From contig CAYYOV010000003.1 in the NCBI GenBank assembly GCA_964473365.1, positions 57,139-121,138 on the forward strand: DNA of 64,000 bases, written 5' to 3'. The stretch's first letter is position 1. Each line of letters begins with the position of its first letter. Positions 62,927 to 64,000 of this stretch are shown here, one piece after another. The position numbers and the translations under genes were made by a program. The notes below the pieces were generated by a model, which made no database searches, was not told where the DNA came from, and saw nothing but the letters and a program-made list of their open reading frames with translations. Origin of the DNA: an uncultured Ignavibacteriaceae bacterium (GTDB taxonomy: Bacteria; Bacteroidota; Ignavibacteria; UBA10030).

Positions 62927-63439
62927 TCAGTCCAATTTCTTCTTGGCGAGGAGCACGGCGCCGACGATCGCGGCCGTGAGCAGGAGTGACGTGATCTCGA
63001 ACGGGAACAAGAATGTCGTGAACAGCTGGACGCCGATCACCTCGACGGTACCCGTCGAGACTGCCAACGCGACGTCCTTCTGGGGGAATCCATCGGAAGC
63101 GTTCATGAGGATGTACAGCACTTGCAGCAGCAGCCCGAACGCCACCCCGCCGCCGATGATCTTTCGAATGCTCAACCCGTCCGGAAGGATCCGGTCATCG
63201 CGAAGGTTCAGGAGCATGATGACGAACAGGAAGAGCACCATGATCGCCCCGGCGTACACGATGATCTGGACGACGGCGATGAACTGCGCATTGAGCGTCA
63301 GGTAGAGTCCGGCAAGACAGAAGAAATTGAGGACGAGCGACAGGGCCGACATGACCGGATTTCGTCTGGTCACGACGAGGATGCCGGAACCGATCGCCAC
63401 GGTCCCAAGCGTGTAGAAGAGCAATTGTTCGAGTGTCAC
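62927..63439 (-). CDS. nuoJ: NADH-quinone oxidoreductase subunit J
   Basis: 170 aa, GTG start, [10 protein letters not shown]...[20 protein letters not shown] signature. Confidence 0.9.
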   Translation of the reverse strand: MTLEQLLFYTLGTVAIGSGILVVTRRNPVMSALSLVLNFFCLAGLYLTLNAQFIAVVQIIVYAGAIMVLFLFVIMLLNLRDDRILPDGLSIRKIIGGGVAFGLLLQVLYILMNASDGFPQKDVALAVSTGTVEVIGVQLFTTFLFPFEITSLLLTAAIVGAVLLAKKKLD

Positions 63440-63506
63440 AGGTGATTTCCTTTAAAAAGACGACCTTCAGCCGGTCCGAGACCGACGATCAGTGCCCTCC
63501 GCTGCT

Positions 63507-64000
63507 TCAAGAGTCCCGCGCCCAGACCCACAACTGGCGGAATGACGGACGCTTGCCGTACACGAGTATCGCGATGCGGAAAATCTTGCCGGCCATCCAC
63601 ATCATACCGACGGCCGACGCCGCCAGGAGTCCCAACGTCGTGAGGATCTCCCAGGTCGGCGGCATCTGGATCGGCATCCGCAGGACCATGAATGCCGGCG
63701 TCAGCAGCGGGATGAATGACAGCACCCGGATATACGTCGCGTCGGGATTCTGCATCGCGGGCATGGCCAGCACGATCGGGAAGACAAGCATGAGGCTGAC
63801 GTAGCTCGTGATCTGCTGAGCTTCTTGCTCCGTTGTCACAGGAGCGCCGGCGGCAACGAAGATGCCGGCATACAAGAAATATCCGAGGAGGAAGTATGCC
63901 AGCGTGAGCAACATGACCTCGGGCGCGAGCACGAGTTGCTGCGTCTTCAGCATGACGGCCACGACTCCCAGTCCCCACACGCCAAGCTGCACCAACCCGA
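63507..64000 (-). CDS. ABC-2 type transporter permease (partial; N-terminus beyond window end)
   Basis: C-terminal TM-rich segment ...FIPLLTPAFMVLR...AGKIFRIAILVYGKRPSF, typical of NatB/ABC-2 permeases. The frame remains open to the window edge. Confidence 0.55.
   Translation of the reverse strand, partial: GLVQLGVWGLGVVAVMLKTQQLVLAPEVMLLTLAYFLLGYFLYAGIFVAAGAPVTTEQEAQQITSYVSLMLVFPIVLAMPAMQNPDATYIRVLSFIPLLTPAFMVLRMPIQMPPTWEILTTLGLLAASAVGMMWMAGKIFRIAILVYGKRPSFRQLWVWARDS

Overview
GC-rich bacterial chromosomal segment made up almost entirely of housekeeping genes. I call about 61 protein genes and 4 tRNA genes, and all but two (rlmI-like and an outer-membrane beta-barrel gene, 12634-14670) lie on the minus strand, often with overlapping stop and start codons. 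Recognisable content in window order: a MacAB/TolC-type efflux operon, a CCA-adding enzyme, fbaB, uvrA, an EF-G2-type paralog, HU, sppA, trxB, queG, gpmA, metH, argD, coaE, rny, zapA, the thrS-infC-rpmI-rplT-pheS-pheT cluster, tRNA-Val/Leu/Cys/Gly, greA, ribBA, yajC, tgt, nnr and nuoJKLM-[NhaD-like transporter]-nuoN. A DUF5103/T9SS-plug-like protein, an AURKAIP1/bS22-like mini-protein and an antiporter inside the nuo operon (reported for Rhodothermus marinus) suggest an FCB-group organism (Rhodothermaeota, Chlorobi or Ignavibacteria-like); this is inference only. I found no CRISPR array, transposase, integrase, prophage or obvious defence island, and no convincing novel multi-gene system. The better leads are non-coding or degenerate: (1) a structured ~320-nt zapA-rny spacer that could be a 6S-like RNA or an rny leader; (2) intrinsic terminators directly in front of the metH and thrS start codons, suggesting attenuators or riboswitches that I could not assign to a known class; (3) mutually exclusive hairpins between rplT and pheS; (4) a 0.95-kb region without an intact ORF that looks like a decayed gene; (5) a cysteine-free DipZ-C-like thioredoxin-fold protein; (6) a 31-codon highly basic ORF absent from the ORF track. 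Many long plus-strand ORFs in the track are antisense shadows of the real genes. All calls come from reading the sequence and from remembered family signatures; no searches were run.
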